Source: Minutocellus sp. GHC0000111
Taxonomy: Eukaryota
Direction: 5' to 3'
Assembly (NCBI GenBank): GCA_977018835.1
Contig: OZ361261.1
Coordinates: forward strand, 1,798,001 to 1,862,000
DNA length: 64,000 nt
Positions 47,727 through 59,544 of the stretch are shown here, piece by piece. Below the pieces are notes generated by a model. The model made no database searches and was not told the origin of the DNA. It was given only the letters and a program-made list of their open reading frames with translations. Position 1 is the first letter of the stretch; every line of letters starts with the position of its first letter. The position numbers were made by a program, and so were the translations under genes.

Positions 47727-49025
47727 TCAGGCAATGTGCCCAAATTCAACCTGATTATCAAACCAGTCTTTCAATGTTTGCTTCACGGTTCTCGGGCGGG
47801 GGACGAGATCCCTCAGCATTGGGTCGGTATCGACCAACAAAGTTTTGCCCTCAGGAATCGTGACTCCCTCCAAAAGCTCGCCCAGCGATTTGTCTCCCAA
47901 GCTAATACCTTTGACGACCAACTTTTGTACTTTGAGAGGCAAAGCCTCGACATTCTTTGGAAGATTTCTCTCTGGCAAAATCTCTGCGTATGCTTGTGCA
48001 ATGTCGACATATGTAGGGCTGGCCTTCTGTGAAGCCACTGAATATCGTCGCGGCTCTTGCTTATTGGCGAGGAATCCAAGAGCAGCCACGTGGGCAGCGG
48101 CAACATCCCTCACATCGCAAAGTCCAGGGACGCAGCACGACAAGACAGCTCCTCCCGGTTGCGGACTGGCCAGTAATTTGAATGGCTCCCACGATGGATT
48201 GTTCTGTTCGGGAGATAATGCTGGGCCGCATACCTGCCCAACATTGAGTGTGACCAAATCAACCCCGCTTTGTGCCGCCAGCTCCATACTTTTTTGTTGC
48301 GCTGCCATTTTGCTGTAGGCATAGCTGCAACCTTTGGGAGTGTTGAAACCATTGACATCGTTCGCTCCATAAACGTGATCAAATCCCTTTTCAGATCCCA
48401 AGCCAACCATACCAAAGATGCTACCGCATGCCACTACACGCTGTAATCCCAAAACATTGGCTGCCTCGACGGCATTGGTTGCCCCGGCAATTGCTGGTTC
48501 TACAATCGTTTTGATCGGATCGCTGCCACCTGTTTTGAGAGTAAAGGGAGATGCGAGATGCAGCATAGCATCGCATCCTCTCTCGGCCTCCACCATACTA
48601 CCAACATCGAGCAAATCAATAGACGTAAAAGTAAGCTTGTCACTGGCTCCGCGCTCGGCCGCAATCTTTTGTAAATACTTCGTCTTGGAATCTGATACGG
48701 AGCGCAGGGCCGCCTTGACCCTGTATCCATTGTCCAAGAGGTTGGCGACACAATGCAGACCAATGTAGCCATTGGCACCAGTAACGCATATCGTCTGGTC
48801 GGATGGCGATGCAGCGGCAGCAGCATTTGGCTGGGACAAGGTAGTGAGAAGACCAGAAGCGGCAGATCCACCTGCTACAGCCGCCTTGTTGAGGAAATCT
48901 CGACGAGAGGACGCTGTGACGCCGGAAGAATCGAGCGATAAACAAGATACATGGAATGGCGAGAGAAGAGTAGCGATGGCCACTGCCAATGGCAATATTG
49001 ATGCAGGAGACTTCATCTTACCCAT
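47727..49025 (-). CDS. NAD(P)-dependent epimerase/dehydratase (DFR/CCR-like), plastid-targeted
   Basis: VTGANGYIG, HLASP, YAYSK and DVRDVA; signal peptide plus RRDFL segment. Confidence 0.88.
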   Translation of the reverse strand: MGKMKSPASILPLAVAIATLLSPFHVSCLSLDSSGVTASSRRDFLNKAAVAGGSAASGLLTTLSQPNAAAAASPSDQTICVTGANGYIGLHCVANLLDNGYRVKAALRSVSDSKTKYLQKIAAERGASDKLTFTSIDLLDVGSMVEAERGCDAMLHLASPFTLKTGGSDPIKTIVEPAIAGATNAVEAANVLGLQRVVACGSIFGMVGLGSEKGFDHVYGANDVNGFNTPKGCSYAYSKMAAQQKSMELAAQSGVDLVTLNVGQVCGPALSPEQNNPSWEPFKLLASPQPGGAVLSCCVPGLCDVRDVAAAHVAALGFLANKQEPRRYSVASQKASPTYVDIAQAYAEILPERNLPKNVEALPLKVQKLVVKGISLGDKSLGELLEGVTIPEGKTLLVDTDPMLRDLVPRPRTVKQTLKDWFDNQVEFGHIA

Positions 49026-49229
49026 CGATGAGCAGTCAATGAGTCACTCTTCTTCTTGTGGTGGAGTTGGCGGATTGCGCCACATGTCGGTCGAGCGAGT
49101 CAAAGGGTCGATGAGCTGGTCAAAATCCAGCACATCATGACCGGGATACGATACGAGTTCCAAAGGGGAAACGACAACCAACACTAAGCCCTTACTCGTC
49201 CAAGTTTTGCTTATATTTCTACACACGTC

Positions 49230-50170
49230 ATGTTCTCTCGGAGTGTCCTGTACGCTCTCGCGGCCGCCTTGCTTGTGGGTGGTGCACAATCGTTCTCTGT
49301 CGATCAGTCTCGACGAAATGCCCTTGTCAGTGTCTCCAAGGGAGCTGCCGCATTCCTCGTCGGTGCCCCTGCGTTGACTTCACTTCCTGAACCTTCTGTC
49401 GCAGCTGCAGCGCCATCGGCCAAGGAATTGGAACGATTACCGCTCGGCCTTGCGCGTGTAAGATATCTGTTGGATCATTGGGATGAAATCACGACCAAGT
49501 GTGGGAGCAATCCCAACGACAAGCAGGTGGTACGAACGGAAGGTGGAGGCGGAGGATTTTGTGACCGAACACCCCTCCGTGTACAGGAATTCTTGGGATA
49601 CAAGAGCACAGTAGATCCTCTATTCAAGGCTGATAAGCTTATGCTTCGAGCTGCTCCGCTGGTTGACCCTGACTCGTTTGAGGATTATCTTTCGGTTGTT
49701 GAGAAATATCGTGAAAGAGGTGAGTTTTGCGTTTGATAATCAATCGTTGGTTGCGTCGTGCTCATATTGCGTTCAAGCGGCGCATCTTCTCGTCGGAAGT
49801 CGATAGTTCCGTGGATGGCTCTGACGGGTGTTGCTGCGTTGGCTTTTTTTGCGAAAAGAGGTTATTTCGAAGCTTCTTACCTCACTCGAGTCGAACCTCC
49901 AGTGATGCAAGCGTCCCAACATCATCTGACACACATTCTCCTCTTCTTTTCATGTATTCCATCTCGATTTATCCTAAAATAGCCGATAATGGCTCCATGA
50001 TGGCATACACTAGTTCTTGGGGAGAAGCCAATCCAAATGGTAGCAAGGATCAAATCGATGAATATCTTGAGCGAACAAGAGATGAAGTGAAGGGAACTGA
50101 GCAACTTTTGAAGCAGATTTGCTCTTATTTGGATCTCAAGGAACTGCCACCGATCAAGGGTCCTGTGTAG
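49230..50170 (+). CDS. Conserved predicted thylakoid-lumen protein; intron 49720-49982
   Basis: Signal-SF-RR...AAA targeting; splice restores RADNGSMMAYTSSWGEANPNG. Confidence 0.75.
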
Positions 50171-50280
50171 AAACATGCAAACAATTGCAACGAGTTTGTA
50201 TCAGCTAATATAATCTAATTACAAGGATACATATCCATGAGTGCATTGATTCTGGCGTCTTGGTCCTCTTTTCTACGTAG

Positions 50281-51247
50281 CTAGGGACGAACTTCGCCTT
50301 CTTCGTCAGAATCATCACCACTGCCATCTATGGTGCGAGTGACAACATACGTTCCAGGATTCTTTTCAATTTCCCCCAACATTGCCTTTAGCTTTTCGAG
50401 CTCGGAATCTACGGCAGCTGATTTTTCCATTGCTTTGAATTCGAACTCCATGTCTACTTGTTTGGCTGTAGGACTAATCATCGCATTCCTTTCATCTTGC
50501 ATCTCGTTCATTTCGGCAGATGCCTCGGCCACGGCCTCCATAGCTTCAACCTTTTCTTGCATACGAGCAAATGTCGCCATGGCTGATGACGTCCCCTCGA
50601 GAGACCCAAGGGCGCCACTGATCTTTTCATTCTGCATGTCATTGATATCCTTTTTCAGTTTGGCTTGTTTCGCTCGAAGTTTGATTTGCTCCTTCTTGTT
50701 CTTTGTTTCGACGATTTTACCTTCGAGAGCTTGCATAGCATTGTATTGCGCATCGATGTTGGGAGCCTGCGCATCAATATCATGCTGCAACTCATTGGCA
50801 GAATCAAGGAGCTGCTGTCTACGTGCCAAAGCCTCCCTGATCTTCATTTTCGTATTTGAGCGCCAGCGAGGCCTTGTTGAACCACTTGACGGCTTCTGCT
50901 TCCATGTTTTCTCTCTGTTTCATCAATTTTCTTTGGGCTGCAGATATTTCCGCGTACGATGCTCTCAATTTCGATAAATCTTTGGACATATCTTCGAAGG
51001 CTTGCTCTACAATCTTTTCTGGATTCTCTAGCGAGTTTGCAACCTGGTTGATGTTTGATTTGATGATTCGATTTGCTCTATCGCCGAGGTTGCTCATTGA
51101 CAGTTCCGTTTTGGATATGGCACCAACACGTGGAGGCGCCGTAGAGATGGCTGACTGGGCCGATGTTACAATGAAGGCATCAGCAGTTTGGGCCAAGAAA
51201 ATGGATGCCATTGTCACGAGAAGAAATGAGGTTGGTGGGAGAATCAT
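50281..51247 (-). CDS. PspA/IM30 (VIPP1-like) protein, frameshift near 50840
   Basis: ADAF presequence; LENPEKIVEQA, REALARR and FARMQEKVEAMEA. Confidence 0.85.
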
Positions 51248-51899
51248 TTTGTTGAAAATCAAGATATTGTGGGAATTTCGATCGAGGAATTGTTTCCTCC
51301 TTAGAGATAATAGGCAGTGCATCAATTTGAAAGCAATGGGGCGACATGTTCTCTTCGGGTGTGGGAAGGAGCACGACCAGATGAAGTGGAAGTCAATCGA
51401 TCCATCGATTTTCTGCAGCAGCAGCAGATGCGGCTGGGATCCATTTCGGGACTGCGGCACGACCTTGTACGAGTATGCAGGCAAATCGGCCTATCTCCGT
51501 GGCACCAAGGCCACAGCACCATCTGCCAGCCGGATGACTCGCATACTTTTGGTCGCACTTTCGGTGGCCGGCCGGCGCGCGAAGCAACCGACCGGCGTGC
51601 CCAACGCGAGCCACCATGGCGGCAAAAATTCAAATTGCCGCCGCTACGTGCAGAACGAAGGCGACATCTCGCGCTGGTGTGGGGGAGAATTACGGCACGA
51701 GACCAACCAGGTACTCCCGACATCCTGGTGATATTCCCGTTGGTCTCGATCCATAATTCTCCATGAGCAAAAAAAATAACGGCCGCAATCCCGCGGTCAA
51801 CACCGCAGACAGAGTTGCGGTGCAGGACGCCCTGGCTGAAAACTGCTCGTCCGTCTTCGCAGAAAGGAACTTCATTACTACAACTTCATCGGCAACAAC

Positions 51900-52610
51900 A
51901 ACAACGACTCCTTGATGAATGTGTTGGGATGCAGTCTTATCATGTACGGCGCCGTCATGCACACTGCGGGCATCTTGGGTTTGAAGAAGAAGAAAACACG
52001 AAGAAGACCACGATGTGTGTTTTTTGTGAGGACAGACAACCAGAATGGATGGGATGAAATGGTATCAAGACACTGCCTTGCCGACGACGTTCAGCGAACC
52101 CCATGCAAAAAGAGCACATTTGTTCGCCTCGGTTCTATCAATCCTCGTGCAGCCGACGCTCTCCATGATGATGATGGATGGATGGCTTTCGACATGGTCA
52201 CGGTCGAGCAACAATTTCGCCTCGAAATGCCGCCGCCGCGGCTCAATTTGACGAAGGCATGCAATGCATTCCTCAAGTCGGTCGCACCACACACATCGGT
52301 GGGACATGCGGCGATGGACTACGAAATCAACAGGCAGATGTTGCTCGAGGCCCAGAAGTTCCCTGGTGGGGGTGCAATGGCCAGGAAAATGGGTGGGACA
52401 ATGACGACGATGTTGGGACGGTGGGCACCCTGACCACGACGGAGGCCGGCGAGATCAGTGAGGACGATGACGACGAAGACGAGGACTGTGTGCCCTGTTA
52501 TGAGGACGAAGCTGATGTTGCAAGAGAGGACGCTACACATGAGGCACACATGCAGCAGCACTTTGAGAAGAATCGTCAGAAGCACGGTGATGGCGAGCCA
52601 GAGATGGGAG
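51900..52610 (+). mobile_element. Decayed, TpA-poor coding remnant, probably TE-derived
   Basis: Broken protein-like frames rich in His/Cys and very few TA dinucleotides; family not recognised. Confidence 0.4.
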
Positions 52611-52614
52611 CTGT

Positions 52615-53059
52615 CGATGATGCCGAGGATGACGATGCCCCTCACTGGAAGTTGGCATTTTCCACCGATGCAGCTGCCATGGGCGATCTCCCAAGGGAGG
52701 CATCCATCACCCTGGATATCAAGCGCGGCAATCAAATGGATTACAAGTTAGAATTCAGTGAAAAGGTTTGGGGCTTAAAGGAGATCACTGCCAAATCGAA
52801 CTACTTTGTCGATGCCAGCCCCGTCAATCCAGGCCTTTTGACATATGTCTATCAAGATATCAGTGCCGGTGTGTTTGGTCTCAAGGTTCCCACGGGGCTG
52901 TTTGGCATGTTGAAAGGGAGGGAGGCCTATATTGAGTCTATATGGTTCGATGGAGAATATTGGATTGCCCGTGGCTTTTCGGCGAATGGCGATGAGTACT
53001 TCTCTGTCTATATGAAAGAAGAAGACGAAGACGATATGATTGAGAAGCCGGGATATTGA
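52615..53059 (+). CDS. 3' part of a conserved hypothetical (possibly fibrillin-like) protein; 5' end missing
   Basis: HWKLAFST...YIESIWFDGEYWIARG with normal Tyr content, fused to the remnant upstream. Confidence 0.5.
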
Positions 53060-53112
53060 TCATAGTGTGTACCTAGCTAGTAGGTAAAGAAGAAAATTGC
53101 TGATAGAGATTT

Positions 53113-54087
53113 CTATTGTTGACCGTCATCTTCTTCTTGAACTACTGTTCGCTCTCCTATTGCGAACAGTTCAGCTGCCTCTTCATCGGAAAGCATAAAT
53201 CCTGTCCGTTTCATCGATTCGAATGGAACAATCTTCATTTCGCAGTTCTCGAAATCTTCTCCCGTCAGCCAGTCGATCACTTCCCAATGACAAACCAACG
53301 CAATTGTCGACTCTTTGCGAGACTCGAGCCAATCATACAGATTAGCCATGCGAGTGTTGAAGTCGGCTTCTGGTTCTCCTTTGCAAGCATAGGTTTGGCC
53401 CTCGCCATTGGGCCTCCACTCGGAGTAGGGTTCATCACTCTCGTCATCATAAGTGAACCACCAACAATCTTTCTTTGAGTCCTCAATATCGCTCTGAAAG
53501 TTCACGCAAGGGAATTGCTTCGCCAACTGGTCCGTTGGTCGGCCTTCGTCGGAAATCAAATATACTCGCTCACTTGCAAGGGGAAGAGCAGCGATTGGCA
53601 CCTTTGGACATCCGTCATCATTTTTCTCTAAATGAGGCACCAAGCTAAGCTCAGTCGTTTGCAACGCTCTGGTAAGTGGAGAACATGCTATCAAATCAAT
53701 CTCGCGGATCACATTCTGGTCAAGGCCCAGATCCATTTCTGATAATGGCGGATCGTCCTCCATTAGATGTCCTAATCTCGCCCCAAGCCGCTTTGCCTGG
53801 CGTGTGCCGCGATCGGAGAGTGGGCTGTCTCTGAAGAGATCTAATTGCGCTGGATCTTCAAATATATCGGTAAAGCCAGCATCGCCCCATCTCGAACCTG
53901 GTGTGGAGAGATACTCGTTCATGTAGGTGCAGCCATGTCTGATGATGACAATTCTTTTCTGATTGCTACTTTCTGCGCTGAGGCGTGAATTGTAGCCTCT
54001 CCTGTTCGAACTGCGAACACGTGTAGAAAAGGCAACTGTGAGCCATGGAAACACGCATAGAGATAGTATTGTGGTGGCGAAATGCAT
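53113..54087 (-). CDS. Histidine phosphatase / phosphoglycerate mutase-family protein
   Basis: IIRHG, SPLTRALQT and LVCHW; signal peptide ending VAF. Confidence 0.9.
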   Translation of the reverse strand: MHFATTILSLCVFPWLTVAFSTRVRSSNRRGYNSRLSAESSNQKRIVIIRHGCTYMNEYLSTPGSRWGDAGFTDIFEDPAQLDLFRDSPLSDRGTRQAKRLGARLGHLMEDDPPLSEMDLGLDQNVIREIDLIACSPLTRALQTTELSLVPHLEKNDDGCPKVPIAALPLASERVYLISDEGRPTDQLAKQFPCVNFQSDIEDSKKDCWWFTYDDESDEPYSEWRPNGEGQTYACKGEPEADFNTRMANLYDWLESRKESTIALVCHWEVIDWLTGEDFENCEMKIVPFESMKRTGFMLSDEEAAELFAIGERTVVQEEDDGQQ

Positions 54088-56216
54088 CCTGTCTCCTTGA
54101 ATCTACTCTCGCGCTACCACTATTCCTTGCGACGTACGTGTGGACACGCTGGTGTGGTTGGTACGGTTGGACGACAGCTGTAAGAACCTCTATGATAAAT
54201 GTTGGGTGTTGCTTTTTTCATCTCGACTCGACTGACTCTCGACTGTGCCAAAAACCCACCCATCCTCCAAGACTACATTCCATTCCTCCTAGTAGATGAC
54301 CACCAAGATGGCATGCAACCACCATGCCCGCCTCAGTATCTCTTCTCCATATATGTGACTTGGCCAGGGTGTTGTCATTCTGAGCCTCTCATTCCTGAAA
54401 CTGACGAAAATCGGCTTTCGGCGTTTGTCAGCGGCCAACCTCCACCTCCACGACGGCTACAATTTTACAGAAAAGTAACGACACAGTCGAGTAAATGGGA
54501 GATTTCCCACACTTGGCGGGCTAATATACCGGTTCGATACTAGGGCGGGGTGGTGGTATGGCAGTGTTATTGAGATCGGACGCATAACAGTCGCAAAGCG
54601 CCGACGCCCTCCAAAAATTCTACAATTCAGATTTAGTCGCAAAAACCGTCCTCAATATCAATGTGGCTATAGATGGGAACCAAGCCGGTATGAGGCACAC
54701 AACAGCTTTTGATATTTCGCTACCATGACACTACTGGATCGCTCCATAAGCTTCTTCTGCGGGTTGGGTGTCGGTAAGCGGATCATTTTGTTGGGGCTTT
54801 GTGGATTTGCCGGAAATTTTACGGCATGGGGACGGGCGCCAAAACCAGATGTTGTGCAATAGTTCTTCATGTTGACAGAGAGACCCAGATTTTCGTTCAA
54901 TCCTGCCAAGTTATGTACTAAAGAATTCTAGAATGGCAGTGTATGTGTTGATTGTAGAGCTTGTGATGGCAACCCTTTGCATTCTCACACTGTGACAAGT
55001 AAAACCAGAACTTCCAGATTCTCCTCAACTTCTCCACCGCGATACCACTTTCTCAATAGGTATGCCCATCTACGCCAAATTGACGATAGCGAGGCTTCCA
55101 CTGGGAACTTATGCACCCACACTGAGGCTCGAAAGCATTTTTCTGGCAATTGGGTCTATACTTCGGTCAAACTATCTCATGTTCTCATTTTTGGAGGGTA
55201 ACTTTTATTGCACTAGGAGGTCAAAAATGCCAACATGACGACAGTTTGGGTCCATGCGCGTCCATTCACCACACCAGTGCCTTATTCCCGCCCGGATATG
55301 GCATAAGGTGGCTCATTGATGAAAAGTTTTGCGGGGTTGCTTCAAAGATTGACGATTTTGTAAGTATCTGAATGTTTCGTGGAGGTCAACGCCAGACTTC
55401 GCGGGGGGCTGATTCGAAACACCAATGTTCATATTGAACAACAATCAACAACAACTACTCAATTGGAAGGGCGTCATTTGACGGCCCTTGACACACCTGA
55501 GCGACATCTATGCTCATGGAATGTCCTTTGTACCGGTATGAAAAGTAATAGAGGCAAATCGATGTGAAAATTCAGACGATTTTATAGCAAATCTCGGTTG
55601 TCGACGACCTCCACGAAGAGCCAGGGCTTATAACTCAACAAATAATCACGATCTCAATAATACTTTCATAGAGACGCATCAGTGTACATAACTAGTAAGA
55701 TTTAATGGGTAGTAGCTGTGGTAGAATGTCTTACTTGGCTATTTCTAGATGTTAATGTTACCTGGAAGTGTGGTTGGGGCCGACGGGGCAGCCCCGTTGC
55801 AACAACTACAGATGACTAGCTACTGAGCTTCATAGAGTGAACAAATATGCATCAGCTACCTAAAAGTAACTTCTCATATACATATGTAATGGACCCGAAG
55901 CAAATAGAATACTCTTGGTTGCGTCTGCATGCCGATCTATCATCATCCTCTTTCAGCAAGGTTGGCATCCGACAATTTTGATGGAGGCCCCATAAAAAGA
56001 ATGCAATCAATAAATTCACGCCCATTACTTGCAGCAACCCGATGAATCATCATACTTACTACGTGAAATGCATAAGGTTGCAGCTGTAGGCCAGGGAAGG
56101 GAAGAGATCGGACAGATGCAGATGGTTACAAGCGGTCGCTACCGTTCAAAATATCATCGAATCCCAGGAGTTATGTATCGTATCCCAGTCGTCCCATTGG
56201 TCGGGTCAGAGTACCA

Positions 56217-56241
56217 GATAAGGATAAGGATAAGGATAAGG
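56217..56241. repeat. (GATAAG)4 microsatellite
   Basis: Read directly from the sequence. Confidence 0.9.
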
Positions 56242-56981
56242 GTGTGTGGGCCCGGGTGCTCTCCAAGACAGACATTGTTCATGGACTGCGTTCGCTACAG
56301 CCTACAGCTCAGTCAGGCGGGCGACGCATCGACATGACTCGATCTACATTGTGCAACAAGATATGGCATCCCTTGACTACAATTTGATAAACGTTTACGT
56401 AGAATTTAATCACACGTGCAGATGCAGATGCAGATGTGTAGATCTAGATGTAGCTAGCTAGATCTAGATCTACTGAAGAAGAAGAACTCATTGAATTAGT
56501 TTTAGAGTCCTTAGTTTAAAAAAATAAACTCGCCCGTGAGGGGCTCCGTACGTTTGCCAGGGTCCCCAAGCAGTCACTCTTAGGGAATGGACACCCGCTT
56601 CGTATCAAAGATTTGGAAATATAGTAATAATTGTAATAGACAGATAGTGAGCAATTTGCTGGCAACCCTCAGTAGAGGGTCCAGGGGGCACATTCTAAAA
56701 GTACCAGTTCCTTTCACAAACCCCCGGAGGGGACGAAGTAACAGTGGGGATCACTTCGTTTTGTCCTAATGTGGTTGGTATGGAGATAGCATGGATCGAC
56801 TTTAAGTTCGTCGTGGTCGGCCTCGTATTCTTGCGCCCTAAAAGACCGCAAGGGGCCGCCGCCTGCCGTTCTCTCGTCGTCCGGGCGAGGCGGTGTGTAA
56901 AGATGAGGAAATGTGGTATGAATTGTATTGAAGATACTGGACAATGGCTTTATCGGAGGCGCGACGGCGATGATCTAGAGC

Positions 56982-58026
56982 CTACAGAAAGTGGCGTTGG
57001 CACCCAAGCTCACGTTTCTTTTCTTCGGTCAACTTCCTACCACCAACATCCTCCATCTTGAGGTCGTGGTTGAAGTGAAGGATGAGACTGACGCGGTCTC
57101 CAACGTGGGTAGAAACGCCGTGAAGCACATTGCAGGAATGCGCGAATGCCTTTCCTTGGGCGCGGGAGGCCAGAACGGGGCCATTCTCTTGAAGATAATA
57201 CAGCTCGCCACCCTCTTTGACCGAAGAATTGGCATTGAGAGCAACAACGACGGACGACAACTTTGTTCCATTCCCATGGCCGGACTCATCGGTGTGGTAC
57301 TCAAGGTAAGCGTCGTTGGGCTTGGTTGCGCGCATGTGGCGGATCTTGATAGACTCGAGGGGAATGGTAGCCCCAACAATTTCTAGGTGGAGATCAAGCA
57401 AGGTGTTGAATTTATCCTGGGGCAAGTACATGTATCCAGAACAAAAGAAATTAATGTCGGTTGTGGTAACGGTGAGGGTCAAATAAATCAGGCTCGAGGG
57501 CTCGCGAAACATGCCCATTTGTGACAAAGCATCATTCTCTTACCTTTCCAATGATAGACACGAGCTCAGTCTCGTCGATGTACTTCTGAGAATCGTCGAA
57601 TGCGTGGTCCTCTTCGATCAGGCCGGCGACAATCAGAGAAATCAGGCTTTCGCAATCTTCCTTCGACAAGACATTCTCCTTCTCTCCCCTTCCGGAATGC
57701 AGATCAACTTCATATCCGAGAGAGTCGACAAAGGAGCCGACAGATCCTTCCTCGTTGAAACGATCCGTCATGTATTTGAGGGACAGTCTGCGGTCTCCTG
57801 TGCCAAGCATTCTTCTGCCACAATACGAATCAGCCCCGCAGGAGGGCGGGCTGGTACCCTTGGCGCTCTTGGTGCTCTTGGCGCTCTTGGTGCTCTTTGG
57901 CATCTTTGGCCCCGTACCCTTCAGGCGACGAGTATTCTTCCCTGCCTTGGCGGCATCTGCATCCGCCACCATTGCGGAAAGGAAGAAAGCGATGGCGATG
58001 ATGAAAAAAGAAGAGCGAACAAACAT
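56982..58026 (-). CDS. Secreted 2OG-Fe(II) oxygenase-domain protein; intron 57417-57543
   Basis: Signal peptide, K/S-rich KSTKSA repeats, YHTD, EGGEL and LHGVS...GDRVSL; C-terminus may be frameshifted. Confidence 0.7.
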
Positions 58027-58849
58027 ACTTGCTTGAGACAACTAACTTTATTTTGTGGGGCGGCTTTTGATATTACGATTGTTCGAATGAGGCAGGCAGC
58101 AATTCTTCACGGCCAGTTTGTGAGTTTGTGCGTGAGCATAGCGGCAAACGACGTCGCCAAAGCGCCAAAGGCGCTGTGCCAAACGTGGAAAGCGTTGAAC
58201 GCAGAACGTGGAAGCTCCCAACGCACGCCCGTGATGATCGGTCATCATCCGTGTTGAATCTGATTTTTCACGGAGAAATCGACAAAGAATAGATTGAGGC
58301 TGCATGGTCAACGCACAGTTCCACGCACGATCAGCATAATTTTTTGATTCCACGCAAATTTTCCACGGCGAAGAGAGCATCATCAGTTCGTATGTCCAGC
58401 TTTGTATCAAGGCAATTTCCAACGCCTCTATATATGCCGCTGGCTAGAAGGATCGTGCAAATTCGGTCAACACGGGCACAAACAGGTCCGATAGAGGTGC
58501 AGAATTCGACCTCCACGAACAGACAATTGCAGCCACACCACCCAAGAGTGTAGCATTTGCGACCCATTTCCACCATAGATTGCACCGTACCTTTCCCACA
58601 CGACCATAGAGCGATTCCAAAGCACAACATTAGCGGAATGGTCAACAAGCATGGATACAAAACACCTCCATATCTTCGTTGGTGCCCATTCCACATTCAG
58701 CCACAACTGAAAAATCATGATACTAGTAGCTTTGCTCCCTCCGATCCAACATTTTATTCCAACACTACTCCCCATTCACCAATGCACCGCACTTGTCATC
58801 TCCCACTATGCGCTGGATTTTCATGAAAATCAATACAGTTAGCCAGCAC

Positions 58850-59256
58850 TCCACGAGGACCACCCGTGTTGTTGCTTGCCCACTTGTGGGACCCGGACTT
58901 CGCCGCCGCACGTCGCCGTCGCACGAACCGCACCACGCCATGCGAGGAATCTTCGCTCGCTCTCGCTCCTCCACCGGATTTCCGCGGTCTCACTTTTTTC
59001 ATTGATCTGCAATTCTACATCCACCGAAAAACTTCTACCCAACCATGTCTGACGGTAAGGAACATCTCTCCCTCGTTGTCTGCGGCCACGTCGATGCCGG
59101 TAAGTCCACCACCTGCGGTCACTTGATCTTCAAGTGCGGCGGCATCCCCGAGCGTGAGATGTCCAAGCTCCAGGAGAAGGCCGAGGAGATGGGCAAGGCC
59201 TCGTTCGGCTTCGCCTACTTCCTTGATACCTGCAAGGAGGAGCGTGAGCGCGGTGT
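58850..59256 (+). pseudogene. Inverted duplicate of the EFL upstream region and first ~70 codons
   Basis: Reverse complement of 47012-47418 with three small indels and one substitution; ORF 59045-59281 runs into unrelated sequence. Confidence 0.95.
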
Positions 59257-59544
59257 TATGCCCATCTTCTCGCTACTTTGACTTTGATTTGCTTGATTTT
59301 GGCGCGGTCTGTGCCAGATATTAAAACCCGAATCACGGAGAGAATACTTTCACTATAAGTACTCCTTAAATGGAACATTGGGTAATTTTACAGGGAAAGA
59401 AATAAACATGAGAGTGATTTCGTCTTGCTTTCGCTTTTCGTCCGTGTCTTCAACTCCGATTTGGCGGCTCATTTTCACCTCATGACGGTGCGTCTTCGCC
59501 GAAGAACCTTACTGACGACACTCTAACAGCTACTAGTACCAATC

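Noticed and set aside
51471..51483. 13-mer GAGTATGCAGGCA shared with the 41-bp repeat
   Set aside because: A match this short is expected by chance in 64 kb
55775..55822. Helitron 3' end (CGACGGGG-CAG-CCCCGTTG hairpin followed by CTAG)
   Set aside because: Spacing and the base after CTAG are non-canonical, and no 5' end or Rep/helicase remnant was found; too weak to call
54200..56200. Short ORFs or a TIR element starting at GGGCGGGG (54543)
   Set aside because: No matching inverted end found in the window and no protein-like frame
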